From the NCBI GenBank assembly GCA_964513565.1, contig CAZENE010000002.1, positions 63,894 to 127,893 of the forward strand: a stretch of DNA of 64,000 bases. Direction: 5' to 3'. Below, piece after piece: positions 18,717 to 28,159 of this stretch; position 1 is the first letter of the stretch, and each line of letters begins with the position of its first letter. This DNA comes from an uncultured Syntrophorhabdus sp. GTDB taxonomy: Bacteria > Desulfobacterota > Syntrophorhabdia > Syntrophorhabdales > Syntrophorhabdaceae. A model generated the notes under the pieces. That model did not search any database. It was not told the origin of the DNA and worked only from the letters and a program-made list of their open reading frames with translations. Made by a program: the position numbers and the translations under genes.

Positions 18717-20246
18717 ATGATGGAGAAAGAGATAACATTCCTGAATCCCGAAGAATTTCCCAAGGTGCCCCTCGTCATTGAGGGAATATCGACCCGGTTT
18801 ATCCGGGAAAACAAGGTCATACCTTTCGAGCTTAAAAATAATGTCCTTAAGGTCATCATGGCCGACCCGCCGGACAGAGATGTGATCGATGCGCTTCGGG
18901 TGGCTGTGGCCGGCGATGTACGAGTGTATGCCGGGAGCAGGGAAACCATCGAAGAACACCTTGCCAAATTCTACAGCCAGGAAGAGCAAAACATCAACCG
19001 GATCATAGAAGGGATCGATGAAGAAAGTCAGGGGATAGCCAACGGGATTGACGAGGAGGACATAGGGCACCTCAAAGACCTAGCTTCCGAAGCGCCGATC
19101 ATAAAGCTCGTAAACCTTCTCATTACCCGGGCTGTCGAGAGCCGGGCGAGCGATATTCATATCGAGCCTTTTGCGGATGAGGTCAAGGTACGTTACCGTA
19201 TCGACGGTGTCTTAAGCGACGTCGAATCGGCCCCGAAAAGGCTGCAGGCTGCCATCGTCTCCCGCATCAAGATCATGGCCAAACTTAATATTGCCGAACG
19301 CAGACTCCCCCAGGACGGGCGCATAAGGCTTCTTGTCGGCGACAGGGAGATCGATCTTCGCGTTTCGACAATACCCATTCTGCACGGGGAAAGCATCGTT
19401 ATGAGGATACTCGATAAGGAGAGTATCGTTATAGACCTCAATGCGCTCGGGTTCATGCCGGACATGCTCATGAATTTCAACCAGCTCATCCAGAGGCCGA
19501 ACGGGATAATACTCGTCACCGGGCCGACAGGAAGCGGAAAAACGACGACGCTTTATGGGGCCCTCGACAAGATAAATTCCCCGGATAAGAAAATAATAAC
19601 CGTCGAAGACCCTATTGAATACCAGTTAAAAGGGATCAACCAGATACAGGTTCGACCCAATATTGGCTTAAGCTTTACGAATACGTTGCGGCACATCGTT
19701 CGCCAGGACCCCGATGTCGTCATGATCGGGGAGATCCGCGACCTCGAGACTGCGGAGATCGCCATACAGGCTGCCCTGACAGGTCATCTTGTCTTCTCGA
19801 CCCTACATACGAACGACGCGCCAAGTGCGATCACCAGGCTCCTCGATATGGGGGTCGAGGCATTTCTGCTTTCTTCCACGATACGCGGCATCCTCGCCCA
19901 GAGGCTGGTCAGGGTCATATGTGCCCAGTGCAAAGCCGAAGATACATCATCAGAACAATTTGAGGAGCTGGTTGCGCTTGGCTTTCCGGAAGACGCCCGC
20001 ATTTACCGCGGCACGGGATGCGAAGTCTGTACATACACAGGGTTCAGGGGACGCATGGGCCTTTTCGAGTTCCTCATAATCGATGATGCGATACGCAGGC
20101 TGATTCTCAAAAATGCCGATGAAGGGCAGATACGTGAATCTGCCCGGAAAAACGGAATGAAGACGCTCCTTGAAGACGGCATAAGAAAGATCGAGGTGGG
20201 TTCGACAACCCTTGGCGAGGTGTTCCGGGTGACACGGGAGGATTAA
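18717..20246 (+). CDS. gspE: Type II secretion ATPase GspE
   Basis: Walker A GPTGSGKTTT. Asp and His boxes (VMIGEIRD, GHLVFSTLHTN). Tetracysteine CAQCK...CEVC. Confidence 0.95.
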   Translation: MMEKEITFLNPEEFPKVPLVIEGISTRFIRENKVIPFELKNNVLKVIMADPPDRDVIDALRVAVAGDVRVYAGSRETIEEHLAKFYSQEEQNINRIIEGIDEESQGIANGIDEEDIGHLKDLASEAPIIKLVNLLITRAVESRASDIHIEPFADEVKVRYRIDGVLSDVESAPKRLQAAIVSRIKIMAKLNIAERRLPQDGRIRLLVGDREIDLRVSTIPILHGESIVMRILDKESIVIDLNALGFMPDMLMNFNQLIQRPNGIILVTGPTGSGKTTTLYGALDKINSPDKKIITVEDPIEYQLKGINQIQVRPNIGLSFTNTLRHIVRQDPDVVMIGEIRDLETAEIAIQAALTGHLVFSTLHTNDAPSAITRLLDMGVEAFLLSSTIRGILAQRLVRVICAQCKAEDTSSEQFEELVALGFPEDARIYRGTGCEVCTYTGFRGRMGLFEFLIIDDAIRRLILKNADEGQIRESARKNGMKTLLEDGIRKIEVGSTTLGEVFRVTRED

Positions 20247-21440
20247 GTGGCGATGTATTCATATACGGCCACGACATTTGAGGGAAATATCGTTGAAGGT
20301 GTTGTCGAGGCACCGGATGAGCGGTCCGCTGTCGAAAAGATCCGGAATAGCGGCATCATACCTGTCAGGATATCGGTCCCGGCAACAAGTGCGAAAAAAA
20401 AATTCTCGTTGCGGTCTTCCCGGGGAGACCTTTTGACCTTTACGACCGAACTTTCGGCACTCTTGAGCGCGGGTCTGCCCATTGACCGAAGCCTGAACAT
20501 CCTCTCCGGTATATCGGAAGGCGAGCGCATGAAGGAGGTAATAAATTCCGTCTTGACCGGCATCAGGGGAGGAAGCTCCTTTTCCGAGTCCCTCCAGAAA
20601 CATCCCGACATTTTTCCGAAGCTTTATATCAGCATGGTGCGCGCGGGTGAAACAGGCGGTGTTCTGGACATCGTCCTCGACAAACTGAACGAATTCCTGG
20701 AGACTGCGAAGGAGCTCAGGGACAGCGTCGTTTCCGCAATGGTCTATCCGCTTATCCTGACCCTGACCGGGGGGATATCGATAGTGATCCTCCTGACGTT
20801 TGTCATTCCCCGATTTTCGGCGATCTTTGACGAGATCGGCGGTGTCCTGCCCTTTTCGACGCGCTTCATCCTCGGGATCAGCGTAACGCTCCGGTCGTAC
20901 TGGTGGATGTTCTTTCCGGCAATTATCGCGGTTGTTTTGTTCTTCCGGGCTTACGGCAGGACCGAAAGGGGCGCAAATACGCTGGACGAACTAAAATTGA
21001 AATTGCTTGGCGATGTTGTAACGAAACTTGAAACAGCGCGTTTCTGCCGGACATTGGGGACCCTGCTCAGAAGCGGAGTGCCCCTCCTGCAGGCTCTCAG
21101 CAACGCGAAGGAAGTTATAGGGAACAGGATCATTGCCGGAAACATCGATGCTATAACGAAAAATGTGCGGGAGGGGAAAGGCATCGCGGCGCCACTCATG
21201 GACGCAGGCATTTTTCCCCGGCTTGCGCTTTCGATGATAAAGGTCGGAGAAGAGACAGGTCAGCTCGATACGATGCTTCTTAAGGTTGCAGCAACCTATG
21301 AAAAAGGTTTGCGTGATGCCGTGAAGAGGTTCATGAGCCTTCTCGAGCCAGCGATAATCCTCGCTATGGGCATAATCATAGCATTCATAGTTGTATCCAT
21401 GCTGATGGCCGTTTTCAGCATCCTGGAGCTGCCGTTTTGA
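20247..21440 (+). CDS. gspF: Type II secretion inner-membrane platform protein GspF
   Basis: Starts immediately after the gspE stop. Duplicated T2SSF domain (LSAGLPIDRSL.. / LRSGVPLLQAL..); 3 TM. Confidence 0.93.
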   Translation: MAMYSYTATTFEGNIVEGVVEAPDERSAVEKIRNSGIIPVRISVPATSAKKKFSLRSSRGDLLTFTTELSALLSAGLPIDRSLNILSGISEGERMKEVINSVLTGIRGGSSFSESLQKHPDIFPKLYISMVRAGETGGVLDIVLDKLNEFLETAKELRDSVVSAMVYPLILTLTGGISIVILLTFVIPRFSAIFDEIGGVLPFSTRFILGISVTLRSYWWMFFPAIIAVVLFFRAYGRTERGANTLDELKLKLLGDVVTKLETARFCRTLGTLLRSGVPLLQALSNAKEVIGNRIIAGNIDAITKNVREGKGIAAPLMDAGIFPRLALSMIKVGEETGQLDTMLLKVAATYEKGLRDAVKRFMSLLEPAIILAMGIIIAFIVVSMLMAVFSILELPF

Positions 21441-21907
21441 AAACTATAACGAAAAAAATATTCAAGAAACGTTCAGGAGAACACGGTTTCACCCTTATCG
21501 AGATCATTATGGTGATGGTGCTGATCCTCATTATGCTCGGAGTTTCGACCGCCTTTTTTGCCAACAGGCTGCCGTCTGAAAATTTGAGCGCTGCAGGCCG
21601 CGAGATGTCGGCCATGCTAAGGTTCGCCCGGATGCTTGCCAGGAACAGCGGAGAACCCCACTCTGTTTTGATCGATCTCGATACGGGGCGTTATGGTATC
21701 CCTGGAGTGCAAACCCGCAGCGTTCCGAAGGGTATAACCGTAAAGATCGCGGACCCTCTTGAGGGCGATGTGACGCGGGGGGAATATTTTGTTGTTTTCA
21801 ATGAAACAGGTGGGGTGAAATGGGGCCGCATTACCCTTGCCGGGAGCAAAAAAATGCTCCATATCGATCTCGATCCCGTCCTGGGAGCGGTTATAGCAAG
21901 GCAATGA
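21437..21907 (+). CDS. gspH: Minor pseudopilin GspH
   Basis: TTGA overlap with the gspF stop. Leader ...GEHG/FTLIEIIMV. About 150 aa. Confidence 0.8.
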   Translation: MKTITKKIFKKRSGEHGFTLIEIIMVMVLILIMLGVSTAFFANRLPSENLSAAGREMSAMLRFARMLARNSGEPHSVLIDLDTGRYGIPGVQTRSVPKGITVKIADPLEGDVTRGEYFVVFNETGGVKWGRITLAGSKKMLHIDLDPVLGAVIARQ

Positions 21908-21922
21908 TCGAGGGCCGGATAC

Positions 21923-22342
21923 ATGCGGAAACCATATACAGCGCTTAGACGAAGCGATGGTTTTACGCTTCTTGAGGTGATGGTTGCCTTTGCGCTTCTC
22001 GCTTCGACAGTCACGGTTATACTGCAGTTGTTCTCTTCGAACCTGCAGGTTATTGCCCGTTCTGAGGATTATGTCTGGATGAGCGCCCGGGCGCAGGCGC
22101 AAATGAGAGAAACACTCGATCGTGAGGACCTGACGGAAGGGACACAGAGCGAAACGACCCCCGACGGCTATACGGTGGAAACCGTGATATCCAGGGTCCT
22201 TGAAGCCAGGACGCGCGAATTGCCGCTCGAATTACTGGAGATTGCCGTAAAGCTAACCTGGCAGGACGGCGGAGCATCCGAGAGGTCAATGACGGTAAGG
22301 ACTATGAAGATGGCTAAAAAAGAACAGGTTGGCCGGATGTGA
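21923..22342 (+). CDS. gspI: Minor pseudopilin GspI
   Basis: Leader ...RSDG/FTLLEVMVAFALL. About 139 aa. Confidence 0.8.
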   Translation: MRKPYTALRRSDGFTLLEVMVAFALLASTVTVILQLFSSNLQVIARSEDYVWMSARAQAQMRETLDREDLTEGTQSETTPDGYTVETVISRVLEARTRELPLELLEIAVKLTWQDGGASERSMTVRTMKMAKKEQVGRM

Positions 22343-22938
22343 GAAAACGACCGGCCGGATTCACGCTCCTTGAAGTGCTGATCTCCATCACGCTCATCAG
22401 CCTCATTGTGGTTATAATGGCTGGCGCCTTGCGGCTTTCCTACCGTTCCATCGACAGGGGGGAGGCACGATCGGCCTACCTGGAAAGGCTAAAAGCTACT
22501 TTTTCCCTTGTAGACAATCAGTTCCAGTCAGCAATACCGCTTGCCAGGCAGGATGACGAAGCGGGGCGCTTCTTTTTTGAAGGGTCTTCCGACAGGGTCG
22601 AGTTTGCTTCAAATCACTCTTTGACCTCGGGACGGCACGGGTATGCCGTCGTGAGATACACGGCAAGACGTGCAGACAACGGCACGGTGGCGTTTTATGT
22701 TGAAGAGAACACCGTGGGTCTTCAAAATAAACAGGAGATCAGGCTGATCGAAGGACTAAGCGATATACGCTTTGAGTATTATCGCAAAGAAAGCGATGCC
22801 GAAGAGGCAGAAGGTGAATGGGTCGAGACATGGACCGACGAACTTCTTTTCCCCCGGAAGATAAGGGTGACCCTGATCTTTCCGGATCAAAAGATCGTTT
22901 TGACGGTACCGGTCAGGGCTAATAGGGTGAAAACGTGA
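22339..22938 (+). CDS. gspJ: Minor pseudopilin GspJ
   Basis: GTG overlaps the gspI stop. Leader MRKRPAG/FTLLEVLISITL. About 199 aa. Confidence 0.8.
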   Translation: MRKRPAGFTLLEVLISITLISLIVVIMAGALRLSYRSIDRGEARSAYLERLKATFSLVDNQFQSAIPLARQDDEAGRFFFEGSSDRVEFASNHSLTSGRHGYAVVRYTARRADNGTVAFYVEENTVGLQNKQEIRLIEGLSDIRFEYYRKESDAEEAEGEWVETWTDELLFPRKIRVTLIFPDQKIVLTVPVRANRVKT

Positions 22939-23891
22939 TCAGGTCGGAAAAAGGCATTGCGATCATAATGGTCCTCTGGGTCATAACGATCCTCATGACG
23001 CTTGTCCTCTCATTTTCGTTCCTGATACGGACGGACGCGCATTCGACGATATTTTTCAAAGAGGGCCTGCAAAAAAAGTTTATTGCGGAGGCCGGGCTCG
23101 AACGGGCCATCCTCGAGATATACCACCGTCAGACCTACCGCGAACAAACGGTCGTTGTCGAAGGAAACGAGGTGGTTCGCATCGACGGCCGGCCGTATAC
23201 GGGCCGCATCGAAACAGGCGGCTACAGGTTCAGGCTATTGGCTGAATCGGGCAAGATCGATATTAACAAGATGACGGACCTTACGGGGATAGTCCTGAAA
23301 AATCTCCTTCTCAGTCTCAATGTTTCCCAAAAAAACGCCGATATAATCGTTGACTCGATATTAGATTGGACGGACAACGACAATTTACGCCGGTTGAACG
23401 GGGCGGAGGACGAATATTATCTTTCACTCCAGGTCCCGTACAGAGCGAAGAACGCTCCATTTGACAGCCTTGAGGAGATGCTCCTGATAAAGGGGGTGAC
23501 TCCCGAGATCCTTTTTGGCAGCAATGAACGGAAAGGCATCATCCATTATCTCACAATATACGGTACATCCTCCAAGATCAATATCAATGCTGCCCCCCAG
23601 GAGGTTTTGGCGGCGCTGCCGGGCCTTACTGAAGAGAACGTGAAAAGGATGATAGACCAGAGGGAAGCTGCGGAATTCAAATCGGTACAGGATATCCAGG
23701 CGATAACGGGCCTGAATTTTCCCGTTCTTGCCCAATATGTCGATATGACCGAAGCCAATACGTATACGATCGAGTCAACAGGCTATCTTGGGGAATCACG
23801 GCAGGGTTACGGAATACGGGCTGTCGTATCCGCCGGGACTACGACACCGCGTTTCCTCATGTATAAAACGCCTTCGGAAACACAGCGATGA
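22935..23891 (+). CDS. gspK: Minor pseudopilin GspK
   Basis: GTG overlaps the gspJ stop. EKG/IAIIMVLWV lacks E+5, as is typical of GspK. Body motifs IVDSILDWTDND, LEEMLLIKGVTPEIL, KININAAPQEVLAALPGL. Confidence 0.85.
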   Translation: MIRSEKGIAIIMVLWVITILMTLVLSFSFLIRTDAHSTIFFKEGLQKKFIAEAGLERAILEIYHRQTYREQTVVVEGNEVVRIDGRPYTGRIETGGYRFRLLAESGKIDINKMTDLTGIVLKNLLLSLNVSQKNADIIVDSILDWTDNDNLRRLNGAEDEYYLSLQVPYRAKNAPFDSLEEMLLIKGVTPEILFGSNERKGIIHYLTIYGTSSKININAAPQEVLAALPGLTEENVKRMIDQREAAEFKSVQDIQAITGLNFPVLAQYVDMTEANTYTIESTGYLGESRQGYGIRAVVSAGTTTPRFLMYKTPSETQR

Positions 23892-25417
23892 ACCTCGACC
23901 AGTTGCCAGGCGCCTTCGAAAAGTATGCGGTGGCCGCACGGGAGAGGTCACGGTCCGGTCTCGTGAAATTCAGGGACCTTTTGACGATAAATGTTCTCGA
24001 GGGTATGATCATCCCGAAAAAATGCCTGTGCGCCGCGATTGAAAGGGGTATGATCTCGATCGCCTACGGGACGCGGTTTTTGATGAAGCCGGCGGTTAAA
24101 GGCTTTCGCCGGTTTGAATTCGACGGCGGCAGGTACCCGTCACCGGACGAACTGGTCCGGGCCCTGAGGGAGGCTCTGGACATTTTCGGTGCGCGAGGTG
24201 CATCAATAGTGATTTCTGTTCCGCGTTCCTGGCTTATCGTGCGTACGGCGGAGTTTCCCTCCGTGGTGAAAGATGACCTCGCTTCCGTCATCGCATATGA
24301 CCTCGACAGGCTTACCCCTCTCGAGCCGGCTGAAGCCATGTATGATTTTTCCATCATTTCGGAGGAAAATGACAGGATCAAACTGTTTGTCATCGCGACA
24401 CGGGCCCAGACATTACGGCCTTATATGGATGCCCTCGAGAGCAACAGGTTGGGTGCCCGGAGAATAACGACCGGTATTACGGGATTTGGAACATTATGCC
24501 GGATCCTCGGCGATGGCGGAACTACGGTATGCCTCGATATCGGGAGCGAGGGATTTGATGGTTGCGTTATCAGGAACGGCGTCTTCTATGCAACCACATC
24601 AGAACAATTTACGAAAAATGAGGACGAGAATATCGAACTCATCAGGGAAGGGCTCGCTCCAATGCTTGCGGAACTTGAGGCTCAGGAGGCGCCCCCTGTC
24701 GTTCTCATAAACTCGGCGCCCCGGTATGAAAGGGTCCAGGAGGTGATCGGTTTTCCGGCCCGGTCCATTTCGAAGAACGATATCAAGGAAAGGTTCGGGA
24801 CTGAGGTAGACGATAAGCTGACGGGCCCGCTCGGCGGTCTTGTCGAAGAGCTATGGACGGGTGAGAAGGGGTTAAACCTCGCAGGCAAAGGTTTCGGGAC
24901 AGAGAAAAAAAATCCTGTAACACGCACAACCCTGGTCCTGCTCGGTATTTTGGCGCTTGCCATGGCCTTCAACCTTATTGTCCCGCTCCAAATGGAAAGG
25001 GCCCGCATTGACAGGATCGAGGAGGAGATCGCTCTGCGCCGGAATGATGTCAGGGCCATCGAGGCCTTAAGGCAGGAAACCTCGGTCATTGACACCGACA
25101 TATCGGCAATACGGAATTTTAAGGAATCTGCCCCCATGTCCCTCGATATCATGAAAGAATTGACGGTTATTCTCCCGAAAAATGTATGGCTGACCCGTTT
25201 GAGACTAACCGGGGAGACTGTAGAGATCGAAGGGTATGCGGCCTCGGCAACGGAGGTATTGCCGAGACTTGAACAATCGGCGTTGTTCACGAGTGTCGAA
25301 TTCTCTTCCCCGACGATACGGGATACGCGGCTTAATGCCGACCGTTTCGTGATCAAGATGGAAATTGAGAGGTTTCAGAAAAAGACCGGGCCAGGGGTGA
25401 AAAATGAGAAGAGATAG
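23888..25417 (+). CDS. gspL: GspL-equivalent assembly protein built as a PilM-like (actin-fold) + TM + PilN-like fusion
   Basis: ATGA overlap with gspK. 509 aa. Cytoplasmic N-domain, single TM (TTLVLLGILALAMAFNLIV), coiled coil, then a PilN-like periplasmic domain (VWLTRLRLTGETVEIEGYA). Confidence 0.7.
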   Translation: MNLDQLPGAFEKYAVAARERSRSGLVKFRDLLTINVLEGMIIPKKCLCAAIERGMISIAYGTRFLMKPAVKGFRRFEFDGGRYPSPDELVRALREALDIFGARGASIVISVPRSWLIVRTAEFPSVVKDDLASVIAYDLDRLTPLEPAEAMYDFSIISEENDRIKLFVIATRAQTLRPYMDALESNRLGARRITTGITGFGTLCRILGDGGTTVCLDIGSEGFDGCVIRNGVFYATTSEQFTKNEDENIELIREGLAPMLAELEAQEAPPVVLINSAPRYERVQEVIGFPARSISKNDIKERFGTEVDDKLTGPLGGLVEELWTGEKGLNLAGKGFGTEKKNPVTRTTLVLLGILALAMAFNLIVPLQMERARIDRIEEEIALRRNDVRAIEALRQETSVIDTDISAIRNFKESAPMSLDIMKELTVILPKNVWLTRLRLTGETVEIEGYAASATEVLPRLEQSALFTSVEFSSPTIRDTRLNADRFVIKMEIERFQKKTGPGVKNEKR

Positions 25418-25958
25418 TAGATTTTTCACCATTGCGATGCCTGTTGTCGTGGCGCTCGTTATCCTCGTCGCATATCAATACGGGTACCTTGCGGTGAAGT
25501 CTGAACTGACGTCGCTGAGGGAGCAGGAAGCCGTGCGTTCAGGCACGCTGGAACGCTACGTCAACCTCATCGCCCAGAGGCCTTCGATCGAAAAAAGACT
25601 GGAGGCCTTAAGGGAGGGAAGAGCAGCAGAAATGTCAAAGATAATCGAGGCGCAGACGCTGAGCATTGCGGCCGCCGCCCTTCAAAATATCGTTAAAAGC
25701 TCGATAACCGCCCGGGGAGGGTCCATAGCGAGTGAGCGTGTCGAGAAATCGGATGACCTCGGTAAACTGAAGGCAGTAAATGTCAGTGTCGATGCCGTAG
25801 TGCCGGATACCCGGGCCTTGAGCGACGTATTATTTACTTTGGAGACACATACGCCATACCTTGTCATCAAAGAGGTCGATGCCCGGGTAAGGAATTTCCG
25901 GGACCCGACCGAATTAATGGTCAAGCTTCGCATTTCTGCGCTTACGGGCGGGAAATAA
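25404..25958 (+). CDS. gspM: GspM/PilO-like assembly protein
   Basis: Overlaps the gspL end by 14 nt. N-terminal TM (FFTIAMPVVVALVILVAY), coiled coil, about 184 aa. Call rests partly on position in the operon. Confidence 0.6.
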   Translation: MRRDSRFFTIAMPVVVALVILVAYQYGYLAVKSELTSLREQEAVRSGTLERYVNLIAQRPSIEKRLEALREGRAAEMSKIIEAQTLSIAAAALQNIVKSSITARGGSIASERVEKSDDLGKLKAVNVSVDAVVPDTRALSDVLFTLETHTPYLVIKEVDARVRNFRDPTELMVKLRISALTGGK

Positions 25959-26692
25959 TGAAATTCATGCGTGATTTTATCCAGAATGCCAACGTGCTGA
26001 ATGTGGCGCTTGCCATAATAATACTTGCTTTCGGCGCCGGGATCGCGATCTCGGCCATTCGTATACGTCATTCATATACCTTCCCGAAAATAAAGGGAGG
26101 AGAGCCTGCCCCGGTTGTTCAGCTCGTGGAGATGCCTCAGAGAATGCCTACGGATTACGCGGTTATAGGGGAAACTAACCTTTTTCACCCGGACAGGACA
26201 ATACCGGTGGAAAAGAAGGCGGAGGTGCCAAGGCCTGAAATTGTACTTTTCGGTACAGTGATAGACACTGAACGGCTTGCATTCATAGAGGACAAGAAAA
26301 ATCCGGTCTCTACTCCGAGCAGGGGTAACAGGCAGCGGGTCGTGCGCAAAGGAGAGGTCGTAAGCGGGTACACTGTAACCGATATAATGAAGGACAGGAT
26401 CACCCTGGCGCGGGGCGATGACCGGATCACTGTTATGCTCTCCGAGCCCAAACGAAGGGGAAGCGATATGGACGCGCAGCAACCGGCGGAGCCTGCACCG
26501 CCTGGACGGGGTTCCCCGCAGGCAAAGCCCCCTGAACTGCCTCCCCGTCCCGGAACTGCCCCGAACGTAATTAAGCCTCCGCAATCCCCCGGCCCGGTGC
26601 CCGTAGGGGAAACTCCAGGGTCGAGGACAAACCGGCCGGGAGCCGTCGAAACCGGCGGTCAGGCTCCCCAGCGAAGGACAACGCCGGAATGA
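25958..26692 (+). CDS. GspC/PilP-like secretin-interacting (HR-domain) protein with Pro-rich tail
   Basis: TAATG overlap with the upstream gene. N-terminal TM. NLFHPDR motif followed by a beta-rich segment IVLFGTVIDTERLAFIEDKK...VSGYTVTDIMKDRITLARGDDRITVML. No PDZ domain. Confidence 0.5.
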   Translation: MKFMRDFIQNANVLNVALAIIILAFGAGIAISAIRIRHSYTFPKIKGGEPAPVVQLVEMPQRMPTDYAVIGETNLFHPDRTIPVEKKAEVPRPEIVLFGTVIDTERLAFIEDKKNPVSTPSRGNRQRVVRKGEVVSGYTVTDIMKDRITLARGDDRITVMLSEPKRRGSDMDAQQPAEPAPPGRGSPQAKPPELPPRPGTAPNVIKPPQSPGPVPVGETPGSRTNRPGAVETGGQAPQRRTTPE

Positions 26693-26766
26693 TAAGGGTT
26701 TTATGCTCCTGTTCTGCCACTGTAAACATGAACGATTCTTCATATGACGAATAAGGAGCGGACATC

Positions 26767-27396
26767 ATGCTTCGGGTTCTGATCGTCGATGACCATCCCG
26801 TGGTTCAAAAAGGTTTTACGGAGATCCTTAAGGAGAATTTCAAGGATATCAGGATCGAGTGTGTTCGTACCGGCAGAGAATTTATGGAAAAGATCAAATG
26901 CCGCGATTACGACATTGTTTTCCTCGACATCTCGCTTCCCGACTCGAACGGTCTTGATATTCTCAAGGATATAAGGAAGAAACGCCCGGGTATTCCCGTC
27001 CTCGTTGTCAGCCTCTACCCCGAAGACCTCTATGCGATGCGGGCTATCAAGACGGGGTCACATGGATATCTATCCAAGCAGTGTGAGCCCGAAGAACTGG
27101 TAAATGCCGTAACTACGGTGATCTCCGGTAAAAAATATATCAACCCGGGGTTTGCAGGCATGATGATAACCAGTTTCGAATCATGTGCAGAAAGACCGGC
27201 GCACGAAAAATTATCGAATACCGAATTTCAGATGATGCGCATGTTTGGAGACGGTAAGACCATTAAGGATATTGCACGGGAACTGAACCTCAGCATAAAT
27301 TCGATACGCGCATATCGTCTGCGGATCATGCAAAAGATAGGTGTGAAGGGCACGGAAGGTTTGATCCATTACGCCCTGAAACATGGAATTACTTAA
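26767..27396 (+). CDS. NarL/FixJ-family response regulator (REC + LuxR HTH)
   Basis: AAGGAG RBS. VLIVDDHPVV, FLDISLPDSNG. HTH LSNTEFQMMRMFGDGKTIKDIARELNLSINSIRAYR. Confidence 0.92.
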   Translation: MLRVLIVDDHPVVQKGFTEILKENFKDIRIECVRTGREFMEKIKCRDYDIVFLDISLPDSNGLDILKDIRKKRPGIPVLVVSLYPEDLYAMRAIKTGSHGYLSKQCEPEELVNAVTTVISGKKYINPGFAGMMITSFESCAERPAHEKLSNTEFQMMRMFGDGKTIKDIARELNLSINSIRAYRLRIMQKIGVKGTEGLIHYALKHGIT

Positions 27397-27426
27397 AAAC
27401 GGCCGATCAGGACCGGCCGTTTTTTG
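27397..27426 (+). terminator. Rho-independent terminator
   Basis: AAAA-CGGCCG-atcaggac-CGGCCG-TTTTTT directly after the stop. Confidence 0.8.
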
Positions 27427-27598
27427 GTAAAAGGCAACAGGAATAAGGCCCGGAACTGACTGCCCGGACGGGCCGCCTCTATCTCCCGCCATTTTTTTCT
27501 GTTTTTCCCCGCAACTCTTACCTGTCGTTTTCTCAAATATTTTTCTTTTTATCGGGATCCCGACACATTTTCCGAAATGATGCTTATATTTTAACTTA

Positions 27599-27988
27599 AT
27601 GGAACCGAAGACGACCATAATGATAGTAGACGGTCATGTCAATTTGAGGAAACTCGTTCATGAATGGTTAAAAGACGAGCTTCCCGGTTGCGCGTTCGCT
27701 GAAATGTGCACTGCGAAAGAGGCCCTCACATACTGCCATAGAAGATCGCCCAACATTATCATAATGGATATGGATATGCCTGGTATAAATGGAATAGACG
27801 CCACATCCCGGCTTAAATCCATTCTACCCGACACGAAGGTCGTGATCCTGACCGTCCACGAGAACGGCAGGCACAAAGAAGCCGCACTCAAGGCAGGCGC
27901 AACCGTTTTTATCAGCAAGAGAAGGCTTTACGATGATCTGGTGCCGGTCCTGTCCGACATGGTAGATTGCCGGAAGAGGATCTCATGA
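27599..27988 (+). CDS. Single-domain response regulator (CheY-like receiver)
   Basis: MIVDGH..., phospho-acceptor IIIMDMDMPGING, conserved T (ILTVH) and K (FISK). Start uncertain (27599 or 27620). Confidence 0.8.
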   Translation: MEPKTTIMIVDGHVNLRKLVHEWLKDELPGCAFAEMCTAKEALTYCHRRSPNIIIMDMDMPGINGIDATSRLKSILPDTKVVILTVHENGRHKEAALKAGATVFISKRRLYDDLVPVLSDMVDCRKRIS

Positions 27989-28159
27989 AGAGTGTCGGCT
28001 TATATATTACGCCCCACAGGCATGGCGCGTCATGATTGGCCCTATAACCCCCCAACATACCCCGAAGACGTTTTTTGTAAGCCAATCGCTGAAAGATGTG
28101 CCATGCCTTTCCTATTTTTAAGAGGGAACATAGATCGTAAGTCGTAGGCGGTTGGTCTT

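Noticed and set aside
24682-26743. Minus-strand ORFs 24682-25356 (224 aa) and 26072-26743 (223 aa) within the T2SS operon
   Set aside because: The plus-strand frames continue the overlapping-stop chain of the operon. They show a TM plus PilN-like region, and an NLFHP plus HR-like domain. The antisense frames are low-complexity Ser/Arg-rich.
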